A DNA stretch of 61,869 nucleotides, filler included, from Rhabdomonas costata (Eukaryota): assembly GCA_019059605.1 (NCBI GenBank). It is 17 parts of 17 records of this genome, joined end to end, with 100 filler letters (N's around TTAATTAATTAA, not from the genome) between each part and the next. Parts side by side here need not be neighbours in the genome. Positions count along the whole stretch, not along the records: positions 10,993 to 14,544 come from JAHMHO010000738.1; positions 14,645 to 18,194 come from JAHMHO010000739.1; positions 18,295 to 21,847 come from JAHMHO010000740.1; positions 21,948 to 25,496 come from JAHMHO010000741.1; 13 more parts are not named here. The stretch is one strand, 5' to 3'. The notes under the pieces were generated by a model that made no database searches, was not told the DNA's origin, and saw only the letters and a program-made list of their open reading frames with translations. Made by a program: the position numbers and the translations under genes. This document shows positions 11,602-24,749 of the stretch, piece after piece. Position 1 is the first letter of the stretch. Each line of letters begins with the position of its first letter.

Positions 11602-13756
11602 ATGGCCGCCAACATTGAACTCTACCGCGATCGAGAACTTTCGCGGAAGTTTTCCGAAAGGAAGAAGGCTCCCTGGGCACCGTGGGATCCTGAAAAATTC
11701 AAGGGACATGTTGGATTCCAGAGATTCCCTCCTTTTGTGATTCCTCTTTTTTGCATTGATAGCCCCTTTGTCCGGCGCAGTCTTTTCTTCTCGAACAAGC
11801 AATCATTACAAATTACGAATGTCCCCTTTCAAAAGCTTTAGCGGAGCCAATTCTCGTGAAAGTGGATGGGTTCCGCGGTTCTGCTGTATTCAGTGCTGAG
11901 CCCTTCCTTCCTTTTTTTACAGCTGTTGGACGAAGATATCGCTCGGATCCTTGAAGGCAATCAAGACTGGGTGGCTAGGATGACCTCCGTTGACCCCGAA
12001 TATTTTATTGCCCGAAGTTTGGTCCACAAGCCCAAATACCTTTACATCGGTTGTTTTTTTTTGGGGGGGGGGGTTCCTGTGCTTCTCGCTCATCACAAAG
12101 TAGTGTTCGTTCTACTGTACGGGGACTTCGCTTCACCCCCTGTCTTTCTTTTTGACGGAATAGTGAGGTTTGTGTATAGGGATATGTAGGAAAGAGCCGG
12201 AGACTTTGTGTTTTTGCTTGTCTACATTCTTTTGCCAGGTTGCTCTGACGCCCGCGCCCCAGCGGATGTCATGATGGGGCTGCAGCCTGGCGACCTCTTT
12301 GTTCACCGCAACATTGCTAACCAGGTCCCTGGTCCATGGTCTGGTCATTTTTCTGGGATGTTAGTCGATCCCCGAACGCCAATGCAAAACGCGGCTATTT
12401 CTTTGTCTCAGGTTGTCAGCACGGACTGCAACTGCGGCTCAGTCATCGGTATCTCCAGCTTTCTGTTTTTAAATACGGCATGGTGCTTTTTTAATTTTAT
12501 GGGAATCGTGGACTCGTTGTTTTTTTTCCAGAGTACGCCACGAACCACCTGAAGGTCAAGCATATCATCGTCTGTGGGCACTATGGGTGTGGTGGGATTA
12601 AGTACGCCCTCCAGAGCGACGGATGGGGTATGATTGACCACTGGATGCGGCTGATCCGGGATGTGTATCGGATTCATGCCCATGAGGTTTGCCTGTGTGC
12701 ATGAGTTTTGCGTGTTAGACAAGGGCCTAGTTGAGTTCTTATTTTCGGATATTTTTGGTTCAGCTCGACGAGATCCCTGACAAGGAAACGAAGTTGCGGC
12801 GGCTCGTGGAGCTCAACGTTGCGGAGCAAGGTATTCCGCCAAGCTTCTTTTGCTGTGGTTGCGGTTGCAAATATTTATGCCATATGTTCTTTTGTTCTAA
12901 ACTTGCGTTCTATTTACCTACCTTTACGTACTGTGTTTTGCCTTGTCTGAAACTCGACTTGTCAAACCCCTTTTACCCCAAATCCCTTTTACACGCACTC
13001 TTTCGTGCCTATCCCCCTCCAACTTAGTGGGCCCTGCGTTTTTGTTGTGTTTTGTCGTGCCACAACAGTGCAATGCTGTACTGCGACGTCTGTATCGTGG
13101 TGGTGTTTAGGTGCCCTTATTCCCTGTTTCGCTCGCAGTGATGAACCTCTACAAGAACCCCCACGTGCAGCATTCTGTGAAGCTCACGGGATTCCCGAAA
13201 ATCCACGGGCTCGTCCTTGACATCGCCACTGGATTGCTCGTCACCATTCCCGTGGACTTGGGTTCGTGTCTCCGCGGCTGGTGTTTTTACCCCGTGTTTC
13301 AGGGTTTTGTTTGTGAGGGTTTGCTTGCCTTGTGCAGTTACGGACCCGTTGCATCGATACGACCACGTGTACCTCTTCTCTAAACCTCCGACGGTGACTA
13401 ATCCTCACCATGTACCTGGAGTTTCCGAGCATGGAACTCCTCCAAAACCCTCAGGTCCGCCAGGTTTTTGTTTAAGCTATGATTTTCCAAAAAAAAATCT
13501 TCGCTTTTCCACATGTTTTTCGTTCTCTGCTGCTGAACATGTCATTCCTGTTCTCGAGTGTTGTGCAAGAATTTTCTTTATTTCTGACCGCAATACTGGC
13601 TGTCTTCTTTTCTCTTCTCTTCGCTGCTTTTGCGCAGCAGAGCGCGGAATCTTCGGTGGCCAAGGACGGGAAGGAAGATTCTTAGTATCGCCTGGTATTG
13701 AAGCTTGCAGTGGTATTGCCTGCATTTCGTGCAGTATCCAGTCTTCTCGTTCATAG
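11602..13756 (+). CDS. Beta-class carbonic anhydrase, complete, about 9 exons
   Basis: Exons 11602-11709, 11923-12049, 12239-12324, 12412-12448, 12532-12686, 12764-12830, 13139-13261 and 13338-~13454, plus an uncertain last exon (stop at 13685 or 13756). Motifs: [75 protein letters not shown]. The Zn ligands Cys/His/Cys are present. Confidence 0.95.
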
Positions 13757-14417
13757 AATTTTGTTTTTGGGGGACTTGCCAACAAAAGCAGAAACGGGAA
13801 ATGAACTCTTTGCAGCTTATTGCTTTGCAGACTGCTTCAGAGTACGTACTCTTTCTGTATTTCTACCCTTCTCAGAAATGTGGCAGCAACATGCTGTCGG
13901 ATCGTGCTGGCCCTCCTTCCGGATTTGGTTGGGACGGAATTTTCAGACCAATACGCCTTGCTGCATTGGTGCTGTCCCACCATATATGATTTTTGCTTTG
14001 TGGAATTTCTCTTTCACGTTCAGTTGCACCGGATGTTCTGCCGTGGTGAGTCCCGGCGTTTGCTGATTCCCTCCCTTGCGTTTCCGGACAAGAAAAGCTG
14101 GTCTCACATTATTGCCCAAACGCGATCCCCGACTTCGGGCACTTCGACCTTTATGGAGGCAAAACACAAAATGCACAAACAACGCAGGACAACGGCTGAG
14201 TGCTGCCAGTTGGACTGCACTCTGAAGCGCAGTGCCCCGATCCCTCGTCACCCCTTCGTAACCCGGCCACCAACCACTGGATAGAAAGAGGCTTTAGAAA
14301 ACGCACAGGTCGACCACAATCTCAGTGTAGGTGAGCGAGGCGCGCTGCCGCCGCGCTGGCAGGTGTCCCAAGAAAGTTCGATTTGATTTGATCTCATTGG
14401 TGGGCTTCACTTTGATT

Positions 14418-14544
14418 TGAGCCTTTAATTGGGTTGCTATATTCGACTCTGATCCGAAATGGTTTCCGCTCTTGGAATCGTGGGCACGACCGACAGACTG
14501 GACCTGACTGGATGTTGTCTCAGCAAAATTGCCGTTCCAAAGTC
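14418..14544 (+). repeat. 127-nt exact terminal direct repeat, copy 2 (contig end)
   Basis: Identical to 10993-11119; period 3,425 bp. Confidence 0.97.
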
Positions 14545-14644
14545 NNNNNNNNNNNNNNNNNNNNNNNNNNNNNNNNNNNNNNNNNNNNTTAATTAATTAA
14601 NNNNNNNNNNNNNNNNNNNNNNNNNNNNNNNNNNNNNNNNNNNN

Positions 14645-15279
14645 TTTCGGGAATGAAAGACGGGGAGACCCTGCTGGACCCCTTCGTAGGCTCTGGGACA
14701 ATAGCGTTGGAGGCCGCCGTTCTGTTTCCAAACAGTGTGATTATTGGCGTGGATAAGAGCGAAAGGGTGGTCATTGGAGCCCGCGCGAATGCTGAGTTGT
14801 TGGGTATGAAGGTGGACCTTCGAGCTGCAAACGCCAGGAACTTGGTAAAAGTGGTCGAGCGAGGATCGGTGGACTGCATTGTCACAAACCCTCCATGGGG
14901 TGTGCGGATTGGCAAGCACGACGACGTGGAAGATCTCTACCGAGGGTTCCTATCCTCAGCCGCGGAGGTGCTGAAGCTGGATGGCAAGCTGGTGGTTTTG
15001 CTCTCCCGGTGGGAATCCTTCCTGCACCACTGCCGCTCCTCTGGGAAATGGTCCGTGGAACTCGCTCGGCCGGTTCGTACCGGGGACATGATCCCTGTGG
15101 TGTTTGTTCTGCGCCGATGCGATGATGTTCTGTGGGCTACTCTGAAGCAGCAGATCCGTACCCTCAGCGATCAGGCAAAGGCTGGCGACGGCTGTTCTCC
15201 CTTGGCGGACAGACGCGAGCCAGAGCACGCCGAAGGGGCCGAAGGTGGTGCAGGGCGCAAGCGGCAGTATTCTCAGTAG
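14645..15279 (+). CDS. UPF0020/THUMP-type RNA (m2G) methyltransferase, C-terminal part
   Basis: Motifs LLDPFVGSGTIALEAA, IIGVD, VDCIVTNPPWGVRIG and LYRGFL..A.EVL. 5'-truncated by the contig edge. Confidence 0.88.
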
Positions 15280-15949
15280 CTGGCGCATAAGGACAATGAC
15301 ATCCATTGTGATGCAAGAGTGGACATACCCATCTGCACGTTCTTTACTTTTAAGTGTGCTCCAAGTGGGATTTGACGTCTTGGTCAATGGATCTAAACTT
15401 CCTGAAAATTTAACCACAAAATCCTTCCTAAAAGGTTTTTTTTGGAGCATTCGAGTGTTCTATTGGCCGAATTGGTACGGAACATTTCCAAGACTGAGTA
15501 TGCCAACCACCTCGTCGTAACTTTGTTACCGTTATTTGTTTGCTCTTATCTCTGTAGCCGAAGATAATTCTATACACGGAAAAATGGTAGTTGAGCTTCG
15601 ATGAAGTTGCTTGGAGAGCTGGGTGATTCTGAGAGCGAGACTTCCCCACGCCGAATGCCAAAATACTCCATAATATTTCTTTAACACCTGTCAACAGGAT
15701 AGTGACTTTTTACTGTGGAGACGGGAGACTGTGGCCTCAGGCATTACACGATGCCCATCGAAACTGGGGTCGGTTCCTCATTATTTCACGCGAGTCCTAA
15801 GTTTTTTTGTTAGGTCTGAGTTCGGTTCTTCACAAAAGGCTTTTTTTCGCGAATCCCCTTCTTTCCTAGGTTTCTTTTTGCCGCACGTTGAACTGTAACC
15901 CCCATCTTTTCTGAAGAGAAGCCGCGGAGCAGCTTGTCTTCTTATTCCG

Positions 15950-17793
15950 ATGGTTTCAGAGAAGGCGAGGCGGTTGCCCTCTAAGAGAAAAAAGAAGCGG
16001 CGCGCGCCCAGGGACTCGGAGGAAATCGAGGACCCAGCGCTGGTTCTGGAGGACCCACCAGGTACAACAGCTATTTCCCCAGGGTCCCCTGCGCACTGTA
16101 TTTTGAAGGTTTTCTGGAAGCGAGTCAGGAGGAGGTTTCCCGCCGTTGAATCTTCATTGCATCTGCTTTCTGCGTCGCATATGGATCTGTTAGCTCAGTG
16201 GCTGTTTCTTGTGATAGGTTGTTCTATCGCTTACACAGCACACACCACTTATGTGACCAGGTGAACTTTTTCCGCGCCGAGTGTTCCTACGCTCTGTTCT
16301 GTGTTGCGCAGATGACATAGGGCTGTCTCTGGAGATGATTGGAGAGGTGTGCGTTTCTGTGTTTCTTCGGTTATTCGATGTTATGTTCTCTTCTTTTACC
16401 CGGACGCGCTGAATGCTTTGGGAGGAATATGACAAACTATTTGCACAGTTTCGAATGATGGATCTCGTGCTGTGTTCGACGTGTGTGGAAGCGTGTTTCG
16501 GTGAGTAAGGTGATGGGGGACCATCTGCGCACTCGTGCCGCGCCCACAGGGTGCCGAAGGGCTGACTGATAAAGAGAGGTTCCGGCTTTTGAAGGACAAG
16601 GTGACGGAGAAGCGGGGCATTGTGCTGGTCAACCCGATGCCACGGGGCATGAACCCCTCACAGCTTCGGTTACAGTTCCAGATCTTCGGTGACATCACCA
16701 ACATGCGCGTGAACAACCAACCTGGGAGACGCTGGGGGAAGTGGGCGAACCTTGTGTATACTCAGGCGTATGTGCCCTGGCTTTTTTGTGTGCCTACACC
16801 TCGCGTTGTTTTGGCTGCATGCCCCATTGCAATGAACGGAGGCAGTCAGGAGGTCGGGGGATATCGAGACTACTGATATTCTAGCGAATTTCCTGGTATT
16901 TGTGGGTTCGTGCCACAGAGATGGTTCCCAATGTTGTAGTCGGAATCAGTCTCGAAGGGCACCCGGACCAACCCAGAATACCGAATAGACGCCGGTCAAT
17001 GATCGTTCAGTTCAAAGTCTAAAATGGGTGGCATGCATCTGTCCGCGCTCCGGATGAGCTCTGCTTCCTCTTTGGGCAGCGTTGGTTTGTTGGTGGGGCT
17101 TTTTATGGGTTAAGATGCAGAGGATGGAGAATCTTATTGGGTAGTTTCCGCTCTCTTGGCCTCAGGTGGGTGGAGTTTCGACGCCGGAGAGACGCCAAAA
17201 CGGTTGCCCAGGCCCTGAATGCTTCGCCGATCCAGGCCTCGCTGAAGAAGGCCTACCGCGACGAGATGTGGTGCATCAAGTACCTCAAAGGCTTTACTTG
17301 GGAGGACCTGCTGGAAGAGGATGGTGCTGTGCATTTTTGGAGATGGTGATGGTTGGCGGAGGGCGCATGGGACGTTTGGCGGCTGTTGTGCGACTTGCGA
17401 ATGCCTGCACCCTCCTTTTCGTTCTCGATGGACGCTTCAGTGCGCTTCTCTTTCGTTTCCATTTTCATTCGACTGCGGATTCCTCAAACTATTGCGCATG
17501 GAGCGAATCCATTTTTCCTCCAATGAAAAGGTTTTGACGTCTATACCTTTCAGAACTCACTTTGCTGAGTGAATGGTATTGCTTGGTTGCCCTGTGCCAA
17601 GTGCCTTCATTGTAAGCTTTATTGACGTTTGTTCCGATGACTGTGGATGCACTTGAGTCCCCCCTCCCTCCCTTTGTCATGCCCCCAATTTTACTTTGCT
17701 TCAGTTCACAAGAAGCAGTACCAGCGCCACAGCCTCCGTGAGGAGAGAGAAAAGTGGGTTCGCTACAACAAGCAATACGTCAAGAACTACAAG
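15950..17793 (+). CDS. ESF2: Pre-rRNA processing protein ESF2 / activator of basal transcription 1 homolog, 3'-partial
   Basis: In-frame exons 15950-16061, 16312-16346, 16550-16767, 17166-17323 and 17705-17793 give KRGIVLVNPMPRGMNPSQLR..FGDI..YTQAWVEFRRRRDAKTVAQALNASPI..YRDEMWCIKYLKGFTWEDL. Confidence 0.9.
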
Positions 17794-19106
17794 GTAACTT
17801 CCCTCCAAACCCCGTTTCTCCCTCGCAATACAGTCGGAAAATATAGAGGTCAATTTGGAAACAGGCTTGCTGCAGAAAACGTCTTCTGCAACGCCAGGTT
17901 TCCTTTTGTTACGGGTGGATTGTTCTGGTCTCATACTTGTTTGTTTGGAGACGTGGCACACGTGTTTCTGATTTTTTTGTGTGTGGAGATGAGTAGAAAT
18001 TCAAAATACCACGCGTAGATTTCATTGCCTTGTGCGTGGTCTCAAACCAAACTGAGGCGCTATGCAATTTGGGAGGGGTTCTGGTGGTTGACTGGATTTA
18101 TGTTAACCTATCACTCACTTGCTGGCTTGGAAGAGCTTGTCGATGGGCTTCCGTAAGTGAGTGATAGGTTAACATAAATCCAGTCAACCACCCCNNNNNN
18201 NNNNNNNNNNNNNNNNNNNNNNNNNNNNNNNNNNNNNNTTAATTAATTAANNNNNNNNNNNNNNNNNNNNNNNNNNNNNNNNNNNNNNNNNNNNTGGTTT
18301 TTAGAGTAAAAAGTATGCATCAACAGTGTTTTCAACGTTTTTACATGTGCACAATACTGTACGCTTTTTCCTCTATGAAGTTTCGGTCTTCTTGTATTGT
18401 GCACATGTAAAAACGTTGAAAACACTGTTGATGCATACTTTTTACTCTAAAAAACGCCAAAAACAAACCAGATAAATCACTGCAGTCGTATCGTGTGCTA
18501 GCATTCCAATTCCATGCGGCCTCTTTCCCTTGGTTTGGCTGTCTGTATCCCAGTGATCTATTGGCAATCCGTAACTCCCATGTCTCTACTCTACTCTCTA
18601 GCTTATCTAGCGTAGATACAGAGTCTGACCTAGCATTTGGCAAGGAGCTGCATTACAAAAGGCTTTGCCTCTACCGCCTTCTTCTCTTACATCGTAGGGT
18701 TTGGGTTAGTGTCTACCTCTGAATGGAGAAACACATTGGTGACCCGGACCGTTCCACACTCATCCGCTAGGACGTGGAACGTCCCAACGTACGTGGATTA
18801 CTCTCAACCGTACAAATTTTTAAAAGTGTTGGAAATCACACGCATAAGATCGTTTTCTGAAACATCTCTACCCCAGATCTTCTTTCACGAACTTTCAAGC
18901 ACACAACGCACACTGTGAAAAATGCAACATTGCAAAACAAAAAACGTTCTTGAATGATGTAACATACCATATTTAAACACCACGCAACGTGTTAAAATTG
19001 AGTTATAAATATGATACTCTTCAGCTATGTACCCATGACAACACATACACATTGTAATAGCACTAGACCACGGCACAGTGTACACATTCTCCTCTCTTTG
19101 GAAACG

Positions 19107-19469
19107 CTAACTCCCCATATAATTTTGAAGTGGCATGTGTTTTAGTCTAACTGCAAACTTGAGGGTATACAACACTTTGCTCTGGACCTCTGGCGACGAC
19201 GCACATGGATTCCTTTGTTCCGTACTGACTTTGTTCTGTTTGTTGGTGGTCTTCTCATACCACCACCAACTGAAATTCACATAATGAGACAAGTACTGTT
19301 TCGTAATGATCATGTGGTACACGTTGTAGACGGCAAAGGTAACATATAACTCTGGAACACTGCAAGCCCACGCCAACTCTTTCGGCAACATCGTTGTCCA
19401 ACGGCGCCGGTACTCTGCAAGAAACAAACTGCTCGATAATTCACCCTTGTCTGTGTTACTGAAGTTCAT
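19107..19469 (-). pseudogene. Possible decayed piggyBac-like transposase fragment
   Basis: AT-rich region without splice structure. DK..AEYRRR..PK..W..YVTFAVYNVYHM..SH..F loosely resembles the end of a DDE_Tnp_1_7 domain; surrounding frames are disrupted. Confidence 0.3.
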
Positions 19470-20798
19470 CCCCCACCAACACGTTGGATAGTCTCAATTT
19501 GCACAGAAGTTTGTGTGTACAACGCACCTCTGCATTTTATCTACGTGAAGGCCTTGTCATGTTTTCAACAACATCTCTCGATGTTATACAAATTGCATGC
19601 CAATACTCCATTATGTGGAAGTGGATATTTACAAAACCACCTCACCATCTTCACATTTTCCTTTACTTTGTTCGCACTGAAACAGATTATTATTGAAAGT
19701 TTTTACAACGCCATCAGACATTCACAGCGGTGACTTAAGCACCGCTTTTTCTGATAGGCGAAATTTGAAGCCTTTGTTTTTGGTTTTTTGCTACGTTTAA
19801 CTGTAAACGCTCCAAAACTTTCATTTGCGAAAGTAGATGGTATGCAACATAACTACATAAGCCACGGCAATGCTAGGATGAGCTTGTGTGTTTTCGATAT
19901 GTTTTAAACGTTTTGATGCCGATGCCCAACAAAAGTTCCGAGTTTCCGTATGAAGTTCCATCCCTTTATAACTCTCTGGGGTCGAATTGTACCCAAAAGC
20001 AGCCGTATACGTTAGAAAACACATCTCAAGTTTTGCCCCGATTTAAATCACAAAAGAGGGTTTTTCAATAGCATTGGTACCCGTCCGAAGAAAATAATGG
20101 AAAAAACACTTCCTCCTGTGTGTTGTTTGCAAACAACAATTTGCAACCTTGGTGTGCTATTGACTTTAGTTCTTTTGGTTTGTTCAAAAACGGGTTGCGG
20201 CAGGGCACCCTTCCGGATTGCCAGTTCCTTTTTTATTATTTTCTTTCTCACGATCGCTCTGAAGTGGCGAGTATCCGCCTCCTCAACAAACCGGGGTTTA
20301 TCCAAATGCCCAAGTAAACAAATATTACAAAAAAGCGCATGACGAATTAGAACATGGCTGACATAGCCGCAGGACGGAGCCGCAGCGCGGACTGGCTTCC
20401 GCGCAGTGCCGCGGGATGGACTCCGCCCTAAACTATTGTCCCAACCGATCCACAATGTCCAAGTTTAACGTCGTTAAAGGTTTGACCCTTCCAATAAACT
20501 TGTCCCGATTTTATGGTTTGTTCATATCTGCATCTGGGACAATTCGAGGGAGGAATGTGCAGAAACCCGACCAGTAATGCAAGATTTGATATTGTGTGGC
20601 TATCCCACTGGTTCAGTAAAAGAAGCGATATCCCATATCCACATGACTAAAACTTAGATTATGATCCCACAATTGTTATGTTCAATAGGCACGTCCCGCA
20701 TTGCAACACGGGTTCAGGTACCAAAAACGATTTGGGAACCCCAAATAGCATCTTATAAGCATATTTTATTAAGAATTGACTTACGCATCCTCCGCAAC

Positions 20799-21062
20799 AC
20801 CGAACCCACCCCAAAGACAATGAAGGGTCCACCATCAGTACAGTCCAAAGTGGTGGATGGTGAATGCCCGGGAGTGAAAGGAGGAAAGGAGCCAGATACA
20901 CAAAATCAAACCCTCAATAAGACCGAACCCACCCCAAAGACAACGTAGGGCCCACCATCAGTGAAGTCCAAAGTGGTGGGTGGAAATTGCCCGGGGGTAA
21001 AAGAAGGAAAGACAGAGCCAGACACACAAAATCAAATCCTTCATAAGAATGAACCCAAACCC
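20799..21062. repeat. Tandem repeat, 123-126-bp unit, about 2.1 copies
   Basis: ACCGAACCCACCCCAAAGACAA...CAAAATCAAA recurs at 20799 and 20922, with a partial third copy near 21048. Confidence 0.85.
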
Positions 21063-21675
21063 ATCGTCAGCAATTCTGAAGATCCTAGCTACCAGATGTA
21101 TGGTCTTCAGCAGCCTGTACATGGAGGTCAGCGGAAGCGGCGAATCGAGACATCGAGAGGCACAGAGGGATGACAGGAAGGGAGGCAGCAAGTAGAAGTA
21201 CAAGCAAGTACCACTTACAGGGAAAAAGACAGGCATAGGGCACAACAAGGGGTGGGATGGGGGCACAACAATTTCTCCCTCTGTGTCAGCTCAATGTCAG
21301 TAGCTCATCCGTCACTCCTATCAATATAAGCAAGCAAAGCAAAGCAAGCACAGACAATGGTGGTGGTCTGAGTAGGTATGAGAGGGGGAGGGGCTGGGAA
21401 TCGGAAATAGGAGGAAGACAGGAGAAAGAAGGACTGTGTGTATGTGTGAACTCGCTCACCTGCAGAAGAGCAATAAGGCGGCAAGGGGGGAGAAAGAGCA
21501 CAGCGGTCAAAGGGAGGTTGGTGCTGGGAAAGTGGGAACTGGAGGGGAAAGTGGGAAAAGACTTAACTGCACAAAGGAAAACTGAAAATGACACCATGAA
21601 TATGATGAATGTGACAATTGATAACGATTCCGTGAAGAGAGTTGGTCAAGGTCAAAAATATTCCCCCAATTCGGC

Positions 21676-21847
21676 TCAAACAACGCGGACGGCGGTGCCT
21701 GGACGCCCCATCAACACGATCACAAAGGCGGCCTCCGTAAAGCCCAGCCGTACTACCTGCTCCCCGCCCCACACCACCGCCCCGTTCACCGCGAAGGCCA
21801 CGGTGCCCCCCATGGGGTCGCTGGGGTCGCTGCGGTCCACCCAAACC
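21676..21847 (-). CDS. Terminal exon of an unknown protein (weakly SPRY-like)
   Basis: GC-rich frame VWVDRSDPSDPMGGTVAFAVNGAVVW..VIVLMGRPGTAVRVV*, open from the contig edge. Confidence 0.4.
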
Positions 21848-22827
21848 NNNNNNNNNNNNNNNNNNNNNNNNNNNNNNNNNNNNNNNNNNNNTTAATTAAT
21901 TAANNNNNNNNNNNNNNNNNNNNNNNNNNNNNNNNNNNNNNNNNNNNTGTGTTGTGTCGGAAAGAAAAAGAAGAACTGGCTCGCCCGAATGACAGGCCAC
22001 TGTTGCGGCTGTCCAGAAGCCTGGAACCCATCCCCAACATTTCCATCGGGGACTCGCACTGCTCGTCTTGGCCTTCTTCCCCCGCAGCGACCGCAGCCAC
22101 CAGTCACAGGCTCCTTCCATGGGGCACAGGCGATTGCTCCGATCATCATCATCGTGAAGGTGTTTTGCTCTCCTTTGTTCTTTCTTTGCTCTGTGTTTGA
22201 TGTTTGCTGTTTGCTGCAAGAGCGATAATCCCTGTCTGAACCGCGTTGCTCAGCTTCACTGTTTCCTATGACGTGCAGGCTCTGCTTGCGTGCGCAGTAA
22301 TAGAAAACTACTGAAGCTCCACTCTCTCGACTGAGGTCAAGACAGAACTTCATCTACTGACCCCAACCCCTCTGCCATCTCCTCCACGAAGGCAAACCGT
22401 CGACAAAGGCTACTAAAATGGCACAGAATTCACAGAATTCCTTTCCCGCAATGTCAAGAAATTTAACAAAACAAGCATACGATAGAAGCAGTCCTAGAAG
22501 GACCCTTAAAGCAAGCATTTCCCTTCATTTCCGGCGATCTTAAAGAGACTCCTATTTAGATAACTTTCTTGACCAGGGCCCAGAACAGGAAGGTGTATGC
22601 CGACCGAAAAGTCAGGTCAATGAGCTCCGTCCGCTCATTTTCTACTACGGGAACCGTAAAACCATCGGCCAAGCGATGTGCCTGGATACGTAGGTGTGAC
22701 CTAGAGGCGATTAATCTAATTCCGATCGTGTAGGCATGTCTGTGTGAGTGTCGCGCGCGCTGCGCGCCGTGCACTCCAGCCCGAGCTCACGGAGAGTTGT
22801 CAGACATTACGGTAAAGGGTGACATAC

Positions 22828-24749
22828 GGTAGCAGCAGTCCGTGTCCGTGCAGCCTCCGGCCGAACATGGGGTGTCCGCCGGCTTGGGGGCGTCTCCAGG
22901 GGGGCAGCTGTGACCCGTGTTCCCGCACGTTGGAATCACTGCGGCGGGAAGCGAAGAGAAAAGCTAAACGATAATGCGCTAAGAACGCTTTCGTCACCAC
23001 CGGAACCGCGGATGAATGGGAAAGGAGCGATAAAACAATCGAATACGTGTGCAGCAGTCCGTCTGCTGGCACGTCGCCGTCGCGCACACGGTGCTGCTGG
23101 GATTCGTGGCGTACCCCGGGGGACAGCTGTAGCCGGAGCTCCCGCACGTCGGGTTCGCTGGAAGGGCGATGGAGCACACCGAAAGGGCACGAGAAAAAAA
23201 GTTTCGACTCCCATTGTTTTCATGCGTACTGCGCAATTCAGATTGAGACTGAGTCTTAGTAGTCACAAGGTCTCATGAGCGACCGACAGGCATCTACAGG
23301 AGCAATACCATCTCGTTTCACAATACATCCAAATTATACTCTTAAGAAATAAAAACCACGCGAAAATGATCAAGACAGCAAAAAGTGGCAAAAGAAAAAA
23401 CGCCAGCAGGTGAGACACGCGTGAAGAACAGTCGTTCCCGTCTTTAACGAAGGGTGGGGTGACGGAGGCAAACCTGTGCAGCAGTCAGTCGGGGTACACG
23501 TAAGCGTTCCACACACAGTGCTGGAATTTTTCGCCGTATACCCCGAAGAACAGGAAATGCTTCCACAGGTCGGGTTCGCTGCAAAAAGCAAGAGCTCCAT
23601 CAGCAGTCAGTCGGGCGACAACAAAACCGCACGTGAGAGCATAACATTTCTTTGCTACCTTTCTTTTTGTCATTGCCGGGTGATCAGGACAAAATTGTGT
23701 GAATGTAAGGATGGAAACAGAAAAGAAGTCCTTCCTGAAGCACGCGCACTGACTGATTACTCCCACGATGGACCCGGTAGCACGGGGGAGCGGTGGGGTG
23801 CACGCTGCCCACACAAGCCGAGGCCGACCGCCTGCTCCACGGGAGCAAAAAAGAGCAGAAGATTAGGAAAGGGAATGAGAGCGGTTTGTCAGAAACAGGG
23901 GCGTCCACAAGAAGGAGAGGGTACATAATTAAAAATACTGAAGTGGGGGAACAGGGATTTCGCGCGTAACCACCCTCCTTCCAATGACGCACTCACTCAC
24001 CGACGCATATCTCAGGCGACGGGAGAAAAACCCCGTAGAAAGTGTGAGAACGCCTTTGTTTAACCGCTGCTCAGCGTAGGATCTTTTTTCTGGACGCAGC
24101 ACCGTCGCCGATCATTGGCCAGGGCCAACACCGGGCAACAATACTAATGCCTAGGCATGCGTGATTCAACTAAAGCACAACTGGCAAATTAAATTCCGAA
24201 CAAAAGAAATCGCACACACCTATGCAACAGTCGGACTGGGCACAGGTTGCCGTACCGCACACCGTGCTCGAAGCCTTTGAGGAGTATCCCGAGGGGCAGG
24301 TGTACCCCGAGCCTCCGCATGTCGCTGTAAGAAAATCCAAAAGTACCCAAGGCCAACACCCACTGAACCGGTTTCCATTCCAGAGCAACAGGTTGCACTC
24401 ACTCGCATAAAGAGTACTTCTTCACACAGAGAATATCTAACTTGGCCATCGAGCGCCATGGCACGCTGTACTCTCCAAGTGAACAAGCTGGCGGCAGATC
24501 TGTGCGGTCGGGCTCCATCTTGGTCTCCGCACTCCTCAACAGTGACGAATGTTTTGAATGCTAATCAAGAGCCACTCACAAATGAAAAAACACGCAGGCG
24601 GACGTGCTCAACCAAAGGCATACGGCAAGGCACGACCATCTGGCAGGTGCCCCCCGTCAGGTGGCAGCCACCCTTGCAGTTGTGGACGTTGCACTTGTTG
24701 CAGTTGTGGGGGCAGCCATTCCCCGTCCGGGTGTCCGGGACGCTGCACA
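22828..24749 (-). CDS. Modular cysteine-rich protein, one module per exon, order B-A-A-A-A
   Basis: Phase 1-1 GT-AG exons: 24749-24624 (126 nt, VCSVPDTRTGNGCPHNCNKC..CQMVVPC), 24324-24220 (105 nt), 23578-23474 (105 nt), 23157-23047 (111 nt) and 22938-22828 (111 nt). The last four each match PTCG..C..G....T.C....C...DCC. Confidence 0.88.

Noticed and set aside
10993-14544. Spliced-leader RNA or 5S gene inside the repeating unit
   Set aside because: No match to the euglenozoan SL or 5S sequences I know was seen by eye.
16765-16770. Apparent GC donor in ESF2 (CAG|GC)
   Set aside because: The in-frame junction is GC|GTATGT, a normal GT-AG intron giving YTQAWVEF.
18298-18453. 60-bp perfect inverted repeat as a MITE or structured RNA
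   Set aside because: It lies at a contig end like five other fold-backs, so an amplification chimera is more likely.
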